Position numbers and translations under genes: made by a program. Under the pieces are notes generated by a model. It saw nothing but the letters and a program-made list of their open reading frames with translations. It made no database searches and had not been told where the DNA came from. 64,000 bases of DNA from Tubulanus polymorphus (taxonomy: Eukaryota; Animalia; Nemertea), in the NCBI RefSeq assembly GCF_964204645.1, contig NC_134033.1, forward strand, positions 330,131-394,130, written 5' to 3'. Numbering within the stretch: position 1 is the stretch's first letter; each line of letters begins with the position of its first letter. This document shows positions 27,546-39,624 of this stretch, in pieces.

Positions 27546-28075
27546 TCAATTCAATGATCAATGTTTATTATATTGATCACTCTCTCTGCGGGGGGTTAAA
27601 GAGCTGTCGATTTAGAAAAGATGATATGTTATTGTATTCTGTTTAATTATCAGTTATACTTCAAATAGTTTTATGATGTGTTATGAATAAAATTCAATTC
27701 AAATAATCATCGACTGCCACAGCCGGGTTTTCATTTAACCGCGGCAAGCGAGGACGCCGGGAATACTGGATCGGACTAAAACTATTTCGGCACCGGACAT
27801 TTCGAGCGGGATTTCAGCGGATGGTTACAGCGACATTACCCGTTAACGTCAAAACTAGAAACTAAACAGCGTCTGTCGTTTCTAAATTATTCCGTATTTA
27901 CCAGAACCGGATCGCTGCCAGAATCACAGACAAACCATTCTCTTTTTCCATGAGATCGGGTCTTGTTCAAAGCAGCTTTTTATGTCATAAACAAGTTGAT
28001 TTACCAGGAATTGGAGAAGAAGCTAACCTAACAAGATACTGGATGCCGACTGGTCACGTGTGAAGCTACAAGACC

Positions 28076-28188
28076 CAGGGGCCGGTTGTATAGTCACGTT
28101 TCAGACTTAACTAAGACCAATAGTTCTATTAGCCAATATAACAACTTAAGACCAGTCTTAAAGTTAGTTCACGAACGGACCGACCCAC
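28076..28188. mobile_element. Short MITE-like element whose internal part is the monomer of the 47-bp arrays at 42.6 kb and 53.4 kb
   Basis: TAGTTCTATTAGCCAATATAACAACTTAAGACCAGTCT is the near reverse complement of the array unit. Degenerate termini GGGCCGGTTG...ACCGACCC. Confidence 0.6.
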
Positions 28189-30937
28189 TAAATCACCAAC
28201 AGCTGTTAGTTACCAACTATAGTAGCCTGGGATCCTGTTAGAGACGCCCCTCCCCCCCCCCCCCTATATCCTATTAGGTGAATGCTACTCGTCCTGAACC
28301 TCTGATCCGATTTTAAGACAAATATAAAACCGTTAATAAGAGGAAATAACGTAGTTGAATTTGACACACCTAGTTAAATCCTCACACATTGAAATGCGAC
28401 AATTGGATTAAAATATGTCTGGGAGGCTTCACTAGAGGAAAGGGGGGAGACAAGCGACCACTGAGCCCTAGTGTTATACAACAGAGAAATATGATATTCA
28501 CAATTATTTGAGATTTAAATCCTCAAAATCATCATGGATGCGATTGATCAAATTTATCACGATATTTTACATCAATCCAGAGGTGTGGAGATTTATATGA
28601 TTTTTTCGCCCTTCTCTTTCACCTCTAGTTTTAAAGTAGATTTAATAAGTATCCAATAAAGATTTCAGTCAGATTCAGTCAGATTTCAGTCAGCTTAGAC
28701 CCTTAAATATCGAGTCAATATCAAGTGATACTTTGGACACCTAACCAGAATGTATTACCAGATAAAAAAAACAAACAAACATCAATTAATATCTATTTGA
28801 AAACTACCTGTCGAATTTATAGTCAGCAGCTATAAGGGGAGAGAGGGGACCCCCTGTTGGGGCGATAAGGTGCAATTCGGTCCCGGCACAGCGGTACAAC
28901 CGGGCGCCCAATGATCGGACAATGTAAAAACCAGCAGGGCACGAACCCGACCCGATTCAAACAATCATCGTCAATAGATCGCGCGAGTACTCACTCCACT
29001 AAAGTACCGGCAAAAAAACCCTCCTCAAAATCGACATCGTCGTTTTATGCGTGATTTTCTCCTCGACGTGAAACCTACAAATCAGAAACTATTCTTTCTA
29101 CGGGCCATTAAACCTACTGTACAACCCGGTCAACGGAAGGCTATAATTTACTAGTTCCCCCCTCTCTCTCTCTCTCTCTTTCCACTAACAGGGGCTAGTT
29201 GAGAGAGAGAAAGGGCCCTCCGGCTCAGAGTCGTCACAATACTAATAGCCTCTGATTGTAGCAGTTAAACCGATTTAAAGGATGTTGTCTGCTGCCGCCG
29301 CTGCCGCTGCTGCTGCTTCTGGTGTTTATAAAGATTCAATTTACTCTTATCTTATCAACGATTTTCATCTTGTTTCATTGAAAGATCGTGTTGTTGTTGT
29401 TTGTCGTACCATCGACAGTCGAACTACATTGGACTCAGTGGACCTTTACTGTGGAAAACGAATCCAGATCTGCATCCAGTAACTGTGGAACTGGAGCCAG
29501 AACTGTGTGGAACTGGGGGTCTAACCTGGTCCAGTGGAACTAGATGCTGTAACTGAGGAACTGGGTCTGTGGAAATAGGCATAGATCTGATATGTGGGAC
29601 TGGGTCCAGTCAATGTGGTACTGAGTCCAGTAACTATGGAACTGGAGCCAGAACTGTGGAACTGGGGTCTAACCTGGTCCAGTGGAACTAGATGCTGTAA
29701 CTGTGGAACTGGGCATAGATCTGATATGTGGAATTGGGTTCAGTAACTGTGGAACTGTGTCCAGCAGTAAATGTGACACTGGGCCCATTAAGATCTAACT
29801 CAAAAACTCAAGTGTCGAGATTAACAAAAAGCAGATGTGTTTTTTTATTATTCTACAGTATTTTTTTAAAACTAGAAATGTTTTTTTATCACAAATCCCT
29901 GAAGCCAAGTAAATTATTATCGCGTGAGCACGTGACTGTGTTAATTGGTACGACACGTTTTTACGAAGGCGCGTACTGAACGCTAATTAACGGACCGGAC
30001 TGAACGCTAATTAACGGACCGGACCTGGTGCCGTCCAATAAAATCCTGTTGCGTCTAAACTAAGATGGTATTATGACAATAAATACTTTACTGTTAACAA
30101 GGAGTGAAAAGTGGTTACGGGTTTTTAAACAAAGGTCTCTTTCAATAGTGTCGGGTCCTTATGCGCGCATGTAACAGGCGTTAATTTGACTGTTTTATAT
30201 CGTCGAGTGTTTCTTGTCTTTTAAAACAGAATAGTTATGTTATTATATTGCGTGTATAGCCGGCCAGCAGCGCGTCTTTGTGAGCCATTCAGACCCGAGC
30301 CGCAGGGTTACACGGGGCAGGAACGCCCGCTCGCTACCAAAAACTATCCACGCTCAACTGAGTTCGCATTCAAAATCCGGTTCATTCAGCGACGGTTCGC
30401 GGGTATTGTTAGCGTTTTTCGTCGCCGTTCAGCGCCCGCGGCTGTATTTCTCGTACCCTGTAATTTTCACCGCACGGCGCCCGACAATAGCTCACCGAGA
30501 AAGCCTGTCAGTACAAAACGTCTTGGTCGTTTAAACATTTGTTAGGCCCGCGTCTCGCTGGCATGCTCGACACTTTATCCCGATGGACCGCGCTGATAAC
30601 ATTTTAGAGAGTTTTTCGAACACTTAACTTTCTCACCCGATTCCCAGAAATGATTACCACGTTTAGATTTGTAACGCTTAATTTCGCGTTTGAGATAAAT
30701 ATCTAAAAACCAGGAACCACCGAGACGGAGAGAGATAGAGAGATAGAGGGGTCCTCTTAGTGAGAAAAAAAGACCTAATTGAAAATAAAATTCAGCACAA
30801 AGGTTATAAGCGTCCCCCAGTCCTCGCTTTGCCTCGTGTGTCAGACACATTTCAATCACATAAAAATAATAGATTTTGACGTTAATATCGGGCCCGAGCC
30901 AATCAGGGCCCGAGCCAATCAGGGCCCGAGCCAATCA

Positions 30938-31065
30938 GGCCGCCTATCTACCCTATATATTACTTTTTTGAAATCGTGATCAATTTTACCGTAACAGACC
31001 CGGCAGCTATAAACATGAACCCAGCCGCTGCGAAAAAACAAGGTATCGTTTTTGTATAGCCTTAG
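30938..31065 (-). mobile_element. Partial copy of the 6901-7118 MITE family
   Basis: Reverse-complement similarity (AAATCGTGATCAATTTTACC, AACAGACCCGGC, AAACAAGGTATC...TAGCCT). Confidence 0.75.
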
Positions 31066-31804
31066 ATTATTTAGAAATTAGCTAAATAATGTCTTAAAGT
31101 AAAAACTTTGAGATTTCGCCTTTTTGTACAAATATTGTTTTTTTTTCGTATGGGAGCCGCGATATACACGACACGGATACGTGAAACCTGTAGAATCGAT
31201 GGATATTGTGTTTATCAAATTGGAGCCACCTGGAAAAGAGCCACTGCTCGCTCAGTCCCCCTCTCTCTACCCTCCGGGGGTTACAAACATGCACACACAC
31301 ACACACACGCTGTCGTCTATCACAGAAATTATTTGTAAAAAATTGTAAAATTATTTTCATGAAAAGTAAATAAAAATGAATTATACGATCGCCCGACGCG
31401 ACACGATGACGGGTTTGTTTGCCTATCAGTTTAATTCAGGTTACTCCTGGGATGATAGCGGGACACGCAACGTAACGTAACGCTGCAGTATTCAGCGTTA
31501 CGTCGCTCCCCGGGTTTTCATTATTACGCAAAGTTTTCACAGTTTGCGTCGCGAAATTCTAAACTTCAGGCAAAAAGAAAAAGTCAATTGTATATTTTTG
31601 TGTCGGATTTTAATCATCGATTTGTAAATCTAGCGGCGTTGTAGAAAAGGGAGTAACGCGATTAGGGCGTCGCCAGATTTACCCCCCACCCCCCTAAATG
31701 GGTCGCCAGTAAAAATTAGAAAAATTAAATATTAAAAATTGATATCTGACTGTGACAGAAATTACGCGTTATTATCAGTGAGTGTTTAGATGGCGGCGCC
31801 TGCT

Positions 31805-31864
31805 CATCCTCGTCCTCGTCCTCGTCCTCGTCCTCGGCACTCGTCCTCGTCCTCGTCCTCGGCA

Positions 31865-31916
<52 letters not shown>

Positions 31917-31932
31917 GCACTCGTCCTCGGCA

Positions 31933-31966
<34 letters not shown>

Positions 31967-31982
31967 GCACTCGTCCTCGGCA

Positions 31983-32022
<40 letters not shown>

Positions 32023-32052
32023 GCACTCGTCCTCGTCCTCGTCCTCGGCACT
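31805..32052. repeat. (TCCTCG)n hexanucleotide repeat with GGCAC interruptions
   Basis: Visible; explains poly-ED/PR/S ORFs. Confidence 0.95.
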
Positions 32053-32129
32053 CGCTTTACAACTGCATTTTAGAAAATGAGAAATGAGATGGAAAAACTA
32101 TGAGAATGATTTCTGAAACTCTCCATGAA

Positions 32130-32370
32130 GTCAAACCTGACGATGGTCTCTGGTGAGGTCAAACCTGACGATGGTCTCTGGTGAGGTCAAACCTGACGAT
32201 GGTCTCTGGTGAGGTCAAACCTGACGATGGTCTCTGGTGAGGTCAAACCTGACGATGGTCTCTGGTGAGGTCAAACCTGACGATGGTCTCTGGTGAGGTC
32301 AAACCTGACGATGGTCTCTGGTGAGGTCAAACCTGACGATGGTCTCTGGTGAGGTCAAACCTGACGATGG
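32130..32370 (+). repeat. 28-bp minisatellite (GTCAAACCTGACGATGGTCTCTGGTGAG), ~8.5 copies, resembling a hammerhead core fragment
   Basis: Perfect tandem units, similar to 47021-47052. Confidence 0.92.
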
Positions 32371-34084
32371 TTTTGTTCCTGTTTCATGAGACTTAACTAT
32401 AAATATATCAAAACAACTTCATTTCAGAAGTGAAATAAGGAGTCAAATATCGGGGCCGCTATTTGCGAATCTGTCAGACTGTCTGATGCTGTCTGCTGTC
32501 TACTGTCTGCTGTCTGCTGCTGTCTACTGTCAGACTGTCTGCTGCTGTCAGACTGTCTTCGGTCTTTTGCTGTCTCCCTCGAGTCCCATCACAATAACTA
32601 CGAAAATTGACAGCGATCATCGGAAGTGAGGAGAAGTGTAGTAGGAGACCCCGTCGTGTCGTCAGCCCGAGTCAAGCTGGGAAAAATAACTCGAGCAATC
32701 AAAATCCTATTTTCCTAGTATTCTGTTGAATAGCGACGAGCGGTATATCTCGGTCGGGGTAGGGGGTGGGTGCTGGTCGGGGCTACATCGTGATGTCTCG
32801 TGCTGATTGTCACCGGAAAAACACACATTAATTAATTCACTTTTCACGCGGCAATTCGATCCTATAATTAGACAGTAATAACTGTCGTGTTTTGGGTGAA
32901 TTGTGATCCGGGTTGTTCAGTTGCCCGGTTCTCTGTTGGTTCCCCCGAGCGAGCGAACACTCGATACTCAACGGGGATCCGCGGTGTCAGGTTTCTCATC
33001 GACACCCCATCAGTGTATGTTTAGTTCAGATTTGTCACACCCGGTGGCGCTGTAGGAAACAGCAGCCCAGCGCAGCTGGAGAACTGTAGACGTTTCCCCT
33101 TTTCTTTTAAATAATCATTTGGCCATAAATCCTACAACTTTGAATGTTTTATCTAATAATAGAAATATTTCTGGCGGTTGCTAGCATCCGAAATATTTCA
33201 GTCTACAAGGCACAGGATATATCTTAAACTGAAGAATGCCGTGACAGGAATCACCCGAAATATTTCTTGTAGTTCGAATTTAACTTTCAACAATATTGTT
33301 GTTTTTCGCATTGTTTCGTCACAGAAGTTTGGATCTTACTGATTCATATTCTGGTCATATTATTCATACAATATTGAGATCGATATTCGAGATTTTCACG
33401 GATCCACAGTTTGAGAACTCGTGCAACAGTTTTATTCCACACAAATTCCACAGTGGAAATTCCATATTGTTTATTGCTACTCGCTTATAACGATAGCGGG
33501 TATTGTTATTGAATAGAATTACAACACGTGACTGGTCACCTCACGTCAATGGTCCCACTTGCTTGGCTAGCAGGCTGTATAGGTCACAGGGTTCGAGTCC
33601 TGTTAGGCGTTAGGTTTACTGATGACTTGAGGATAAGGGCGGCCCAGGTCACCAGTGCAGTAAGTGATACCGAAGACAGCGCATCAATGTTATTCTCTGG
33701 GTCCATGATCCACCCCCTCACCCCCCTCTGGGATCGGGGGTTCATGGTCGCGATGAAACTAAATCCAGAGAAAGTTGAAATTCAGTCCCTGACAACCGGA
33801 AATGAAGTGATCTGATTACGAACCCGTTATCGCAACCGCCTGGAGGCAACAGCCAATCAGATCACTCGCCCACTCATCCGTCATCACAACTTCCTGTCAG
33901 TGTCACAGGTGGTGACGCCTAGTGACGCCAATCACAACTAGACTCATTACTGCTATACAATAAATGACAACTTGATTGATTTTATACTTTTTTAGATTGG
34001 ACCAAAAAATCCCATCAGAGAATCTCTCCAGTAAACTCCCTCTCATCCCTGTCCACCAGGAGGAATAAAGACTCCGTCTCCCCA

Positions 34085-34818
34085 TCTCTCTCCCTCCCCA
34101 AGACTCTCTCCAATCTCTCCGCACAGCCACAGAGAACCACCGACTCTCTCCAATCTCTCCGCACAGCCACAGAGAACCACACCGACTCTCTCCAATCTCT
34201 CCGCACAGCCACAGAGAACCACTCTCTCTCCAATCTCTCCGCACAGCCACAGAGAACCACCGACTCTCTCCAATCTCTCCGCACAGCCACAGAGAACCAC
34301 CGACTCTCTCCAATCTTTCTGCAGCCACAGAGAACCACACCGACACACTCTCCGCACAGCCACAGAGAACCACTCTCTCCCCCAATCTCTCCGCACAGCC
34401 ACAGAGAACCACTCTCTCCCCCAATCTCTCCGCACAGCCACAGAGAACCACTCTCTCCCCCAATCTCTCCGCACAGCCACAGAGAACCACACCGACACAC
34501 TCTCCGCAGCCACAGAGAACCACTCTCTCCCCCAATCTCTCCGCACAGCCACAGAGAACCACTCTCTCCCCCAATCTCTCCGCACAGCCACAGAGAACCA
34601 CTCTCTCCCCCAATCTCTCCGCACAGCCACAGAGAACCACCGACTCTCTCTCCCCCAATCTCTCCGCACAGCCACAGAGAACCACTCTCTCCCCCAATCT
34701 CTCCGCACAGCCACAGAGAACCACTCTCTCCCCCAATCTCTCCGCACAGCCACAGAGAACCACTCTCTCCCCCAATCTCTCCGCACAGCCACAGAGAACC
34801 ACTCTCTCCCCCAATCTC
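34085..34818. repeat. ~39-bp minisatellite (ACTCTCTCCCCCAATCTCTCCGCACAGCCACAGAGAACC), ~19 copies
   Basis: Visible; explains the three long ORFs at 33903-34919. Confidence 0.95.
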
Positions 34819-36159
34819 ACGCATGTCCCATTCATTCGCTGTAAATCATTGTAAACGCGTTGTCTGCAAATGACGCGCATCATTAGAAATGATGAAATCG
34901 CTATAACAGTTGTCGACACGATACATCATCTGAAATTGTCATTGGTTATTATTATAGAAACTGCTCGATACGGCGCCGAGCCCCGGGGCGTCCTGCGCTG
35001 AACAGATCTTCTCTCGGTAAATGAAAGTTTTATTAAACGATGTTGGTTGATGAAAGAGGAGGCACGGCAATCGTCTGCTCGCGCTGGTGACGACGTCCCG
35101 GTGACCAGTAACTCATTGTGTAATTATAATCTCGTCGCTGACCGTCACGTTCTTATCACCGCGTCTCAGCGGTTTACTGACAGACTAATATATCTCTACT
35201 GATTTGAATATAAACACAATCCGCGACACCACGACACAAACAGCTCTCATCTCACCAAACTTTCAAACCGATTATTTCTCATTATTCGACCAAACCCGTA
35301 TTGAGAAATGAATGCGCTCAGGCTAGGGGGGGGGGGGCGTACAGCTCGGGAGTTGAGGAATCTTAGGGGCATTTTACAAGATATTGGAGAGATGCCACAA
35401 GGAATGAAGGCAGCGGGATTGGGAGGGGAGGGGAGGGGGTGGGATTGGGAGCGGAATTTGGAGGGGGAGGGATTGGTAGGGGAGAGGGAGAGGTGAGGGA
35501 TTGGGAGGGGAGAGGGAGTTGAAGAACCTTTGGGGCATTTTACAAGTTAATGAGAGATGCCACAAGGAAGGGAGAGGGATTGGGATTGAGAGAGAAGAGG
35601 GAGCAGGATAGAGAGGGGAGGGAAGGGAGGGGGAGTGGGAGTGGGAGTGGGAGGGGAAGGAGGGAAGATAAGAGGGTCAGGGAGTGGGGAGGTAGAAAAT
35701 ATATAGATTTTATATTTTCCGGAACGAGACTGGGTCCCACAGCTGCTTTCAGCTGTTTTTAATCAATGTATCACCACAGTAGCAAATTATTAACTAAGCC
35801 TAGAGGGAGTTTCTGCCCCCAGGGGTCGCTGCGACCACAGTGACCCCTTATTGAACACGTGACTGCCGCAACCGATGTGTTCGGAACAGATGTCGTCGGC
35901 AATGATCGGCAATTTTCGGTAATCTATTAGAAATCTTTGCAGGGGGTTAATCGACTATGAAAATGTTGACACCACCAGTCGCCGCAGCCTGAACGCTGCA
36001 GTGACTGATACATGAAACAATGTTTATAATTACAGCCTGAATTAACACTTTATCGACACGAGATTACACGTGATATCGCGAGAAAACACGAGATGATATA
36101 ATATAAGACTTGTAATTGCAGGCAGGGGGTCCGGGAGTCAGGGAGTCACTGGTCCCTGA

Positions 36160-36577
36160 ACTGTGGGACTGGGACCAATAATTGTGGAACTGGATTCAGT
36201 GGAACTGCATTCAGTGGAACTGGGTTCAGTGGAACTGCATTCAGTGGAACTGCATTCAGTGGAACTGCATTCAGTGGAACTGGGTTCTGGAACTGCATTC
36301 AGTGGAACTGGGTTCAGTGGAACTGCATTCAGTGGAACTGCATTCAGTGGAACTGCATTCAGTGGAACTGGGTTCTGGAACTGCATTCAGTGGAACTGGG
36401 TTCAGTGGAACTGCATTCAGTGGAACTGGGTTCAGTGGAACTGCATTCAGTGGAACTGCATTCAGTGGAACTGGGTTCTGGAACTGGGTTCAGTGGAACT
36501 GCATTCAGTGGAACTGGGTTCAGTGGAACTGGATTCAGTGGAACTGGATTCAGTGGAACTGGGTTCTGGAACTGGGG
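36160..36577. repeat. 15-bp minisatellite (CAGTGGAACTGCATT / CAGTGGAACTGGGTT)
   Basis: Visible; shares the GTGGAACTGG core of the MITE TIR. Confidence 0.93.
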
Positions 36578-36973
36578 ACGCATTTTCCGTCGAAGTCAAA
36601 CGTCTTTACAAATGAATACTACACCACGTGACACATCGAGCAACTTCCTGTTAGAATTAGAGGATAAACAACAGGCTAGTAGGGGAGGGGCAGGCGAGGT
36701 TTTAATATCGCGTGATTCTCGTGGTAGAGAGAGAGGGAGAGAAGTCACCCCTGGTGAGTGAGGTAAAACGTCTCGTGCTGCAGTAACGGGCAGAAGGAGA
36801 AGGAGGAGGAACTCCTCTAAAGCTGATTGCTGCTGCTGCAATAACCAGTGTAACGGCGGTTTCGAGCTCAGCACGAGTCTCACCGATCTAATTAACTCCA
36901 ACACGACTCGATTCGGTATCGTCTATAACTCGCTGTCCTAGTGCGCGCTGGTATAGAATCAACTGTGTCGGTC

Positions 36974-36974
<1 letters not shown>

Positions 36975-37049
<75 letters not shown>
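36975..37049. repeat. (CAG)25 microsatellite
   Basis: Pure run. Shorter CAG/CTG runs occur at ~12520, 24745, 26857, 48483 and 61676. Confidence 0.97.
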
Positions 37050-37051
<2 letters not shown>

Positions 37052-39443
37052 CGTACAGTTTCATAAACCAACAGCCCCCGGAGGAATCCGCAATGAGCCC
37101 GCTCTCATACTGGGCGCTGCGTCGTCATCATCAGCAGCACAAATCCTAAATTTGCAAATAAAATATTTCCTCTTCTTACAACTCCCCGCACTGCACACCG
37201 ACACCGACACAGAAATGTTTAACTGACAGCAGAGAAAGAGGGAGAGAGAGAGAATGTGAACTTAGAGAACGGTAAAGAACAAACACGAGTTCAATGAAGT
37301 TCACACAACTATTTGAGGGTAAGAGATGAGATACTCAAGTCTTCAGCTGCGGTTCTAATTCACCTTATCGGTAGTTTCTGGCACTATCACTGCACAATTA
37401 AATTCTATCTCGGGTGAAACTTTTCGACACAACTTCATCGTATCAGAAATTCGTTGACTAAAGTTTGTGATGAGCTAGGCTATAATACACCTTATCAAAA
37501 ATACGTCGAAATTCTGTAAATTTTTGATTCAACTGTTTAAACCGATCTAATAATAATCATTTACGATTTATTCGTTGCATCGATTCCAGCAAATGATCTT
37601 TGATTTGCGAAACAGCATAAAATATCAGACTCAAGGAGGATACGCCAGAAAGCATCCGAAATACTTTTAGAATTCCGAATAAACTTTTTAGTTTACTGTT
37701 GGATTTTATATTTATTATTATTTCGTCGCGGATATTGTGATTATACTGCTTCGTAACAACATCGGAATTTTAACTTGAAACATTGAGTTGTGTTCACTGA
37801 TTAGTAAAACTGTGATCACTGGATTAAAACCGGATTAAACTGGATTAATCTGTCTTATATAAAAATTGAAAATATTTTGATTGATCTGTGTGACTGGTTC
37901 TCTCGGATCTGTGTGACTGGTTCCCTCGGGTGTGTGTGACTGGTTCCCTCGGGTCTGTGACTGGTTCCGTCTCGGATTATGACATAAATATTTTCGAAGG
38001 TAAGTTGAAATGTATTCGAAGTAGATTAGGACATCAATAGGACGACAGCGTCGCGTTTGTTTGTTCGATAGTTTGGAGCCATTTTACCGCTTAAAGCAAC
38101 ATATTAAAAGGCCATCGTTTTTTGCTTTGTCAGATTTATCAATTTCTAAAATCTTTCAAAATTAATCCTAATCCCCTGAAATTATAGATAATTGTCTATG
38201 ATTTTTTTAAACTGTGTATACCAGTAATTTGATACGCGGTTTCCCTCCACTAGTTGTCGGTAATTGGTCTGATAATATCAGATGTATTTATTGTTTTCGG
38301 GATCGCGCGGTGTCACGTGGTTTTACGGTCGGTTAGGTCCGTGTTGTCGCTGGCGGTAATTAGTGTCACCGCGTTGCCGAGTCACGGGTTTTAATCCGTT
38401 TGAGTGATTAGTGGGGAGGGGGCGCGGGTGGGGAGAGGGGAGAGGGGAGTCGATTCATCCGTTATATCTATCTGATTGTGAAGTTTGAATTGTTCATTTT
38501 TCGAATATTCATCATTAAAGTGGTTGCAGTCGCTCAAATGTTGGTTACAGTTAAACCAGTGAATATAGTTGATATAGTGATAATTAAAAGTTCAGAAACT
38601 GTTCTACAATAAACATAATTGATCTCAGCTGTTTTAGCCAGGATTCACAGTTCAACAGCTTGTCCACTCACCGGGATTCCACAGTTCCACAGCTTGTCCA
38701 CTCACCGGGATTCCACACTTCCACAGATGTTGTCCGCTTTCAGAATTTAATTGATTCTAAAATCGATGTCAATAAATTTTGATGCTGCAATGTCACATTT
38801 TGAGATTTTTGAAATGAATATGCAGAGTGTCCGAGCGAAGAGGGAGAGGGAGAGGGAGAGGGAGAGGGAGAGGGAGAGGGAGAGGGAAAGGAGAGGGAGA
38901 GGGAGAGGGAGAGGGAGAGGGAGAGAGGGAGAGGGAGAGGAGTTTTGGATGAATGTGGTTTTTTTCTGGTGTGTAACTATTGTCAGTTCTAGTGGCAGTA
39001 ATTAGTCGTCAGTGGTTTGTTGCGATGGTTATAGATCTGTCGGTCTCCACTCGAGGAGCAGCAGAGAATTACACCTCTCGGCAGCGGATAACGACAGGAG
39101 GGGGGTCTCTGTATCCTACAGTCAGTTCAAAGCGTCAGATCATCCCATTATAACATCTACTCAGATCTGTTTGTGGTTTTTAGTGGCTAATTGGATGAAT
39201 TACTGTAATACCGGATTTCAATTACAAGTCGATATTTTCTTTGTGTATGTTAGACTTTTATATTCAGCCACTAATGACGTCTTTCAGAGGTTGAAAAAAA
39301 CGTATTTCCATCCTTTTTATCCTTGCCTTTTCCTAGACAGATCTTCCCTTAATTGGTAGAAAATTTACTTATAAAATGGCCAGTGGATTTTTAGCATTTT
39401 TACTGGTAATTGGGTCTGATAGGGGCCTGTTGTAATCAGAGAA

Positions 39444-39624
39444 TGGTCACCACCTGTCACTGGTCACCGCACTGACCGGTCCAACCTCCAAACTCGTTCA
39501 ATCACCACTGGTCTATGGTCTAGTGGTTAGCATGCTCGGCTGGCATGCTGGAGGTCTGAGGGTCGAGTCCCAGCGATGGTGTGGCTGGTGCGCGCGGGTC
39601 CGAGTACCGCTAGGGTTAGGGTTA
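39444..39624 (+). mobile_element. tRNA-derived SINE-like element with TTAGGG tail (copy 1)
   Basis: A box TGGTCTAGTGG (39516-39526), CTGGCAT anticodon-like loop, B box GGTCGAGTCC (39561-39570), then GCTAGGGTTAGGGTTA. Homologous to copies at 47953 and 59146. Confidence 0.75.

Noticed and set aside
27521-27650. Divergent gene start AAAATGGCGGCA (IFT80 is head-to-head with SMC4 in vertebrates)
   Set aside because: The short ORF has no recognisable similarity or downstream exons and is better explained as the YY1 motif of the SMC4 promoter.
31725-32087. Acidic (ED)n or (PR)n protein
   Set aside because: Hexanucleotide microsatellite open in several frames.
33903-34919. 338/269/249-aa ORFs
   Set aside because: All three minus frames are open only because the 39-bp repeat lacks stops.
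36975-37225. PolyQ-encoding exon
   Set aside because: No recognisable domain or convincing partner exons, and CAG runs are common in non-coding parts of this window.
39510-39575. Functional tRNA genes (also ~48030-48092 and ~59200-59262)
   Set aside because: No 3' acceptor-stem strand, imperfect arms, divergent copies and shared flanks; these are mobile-element heads.
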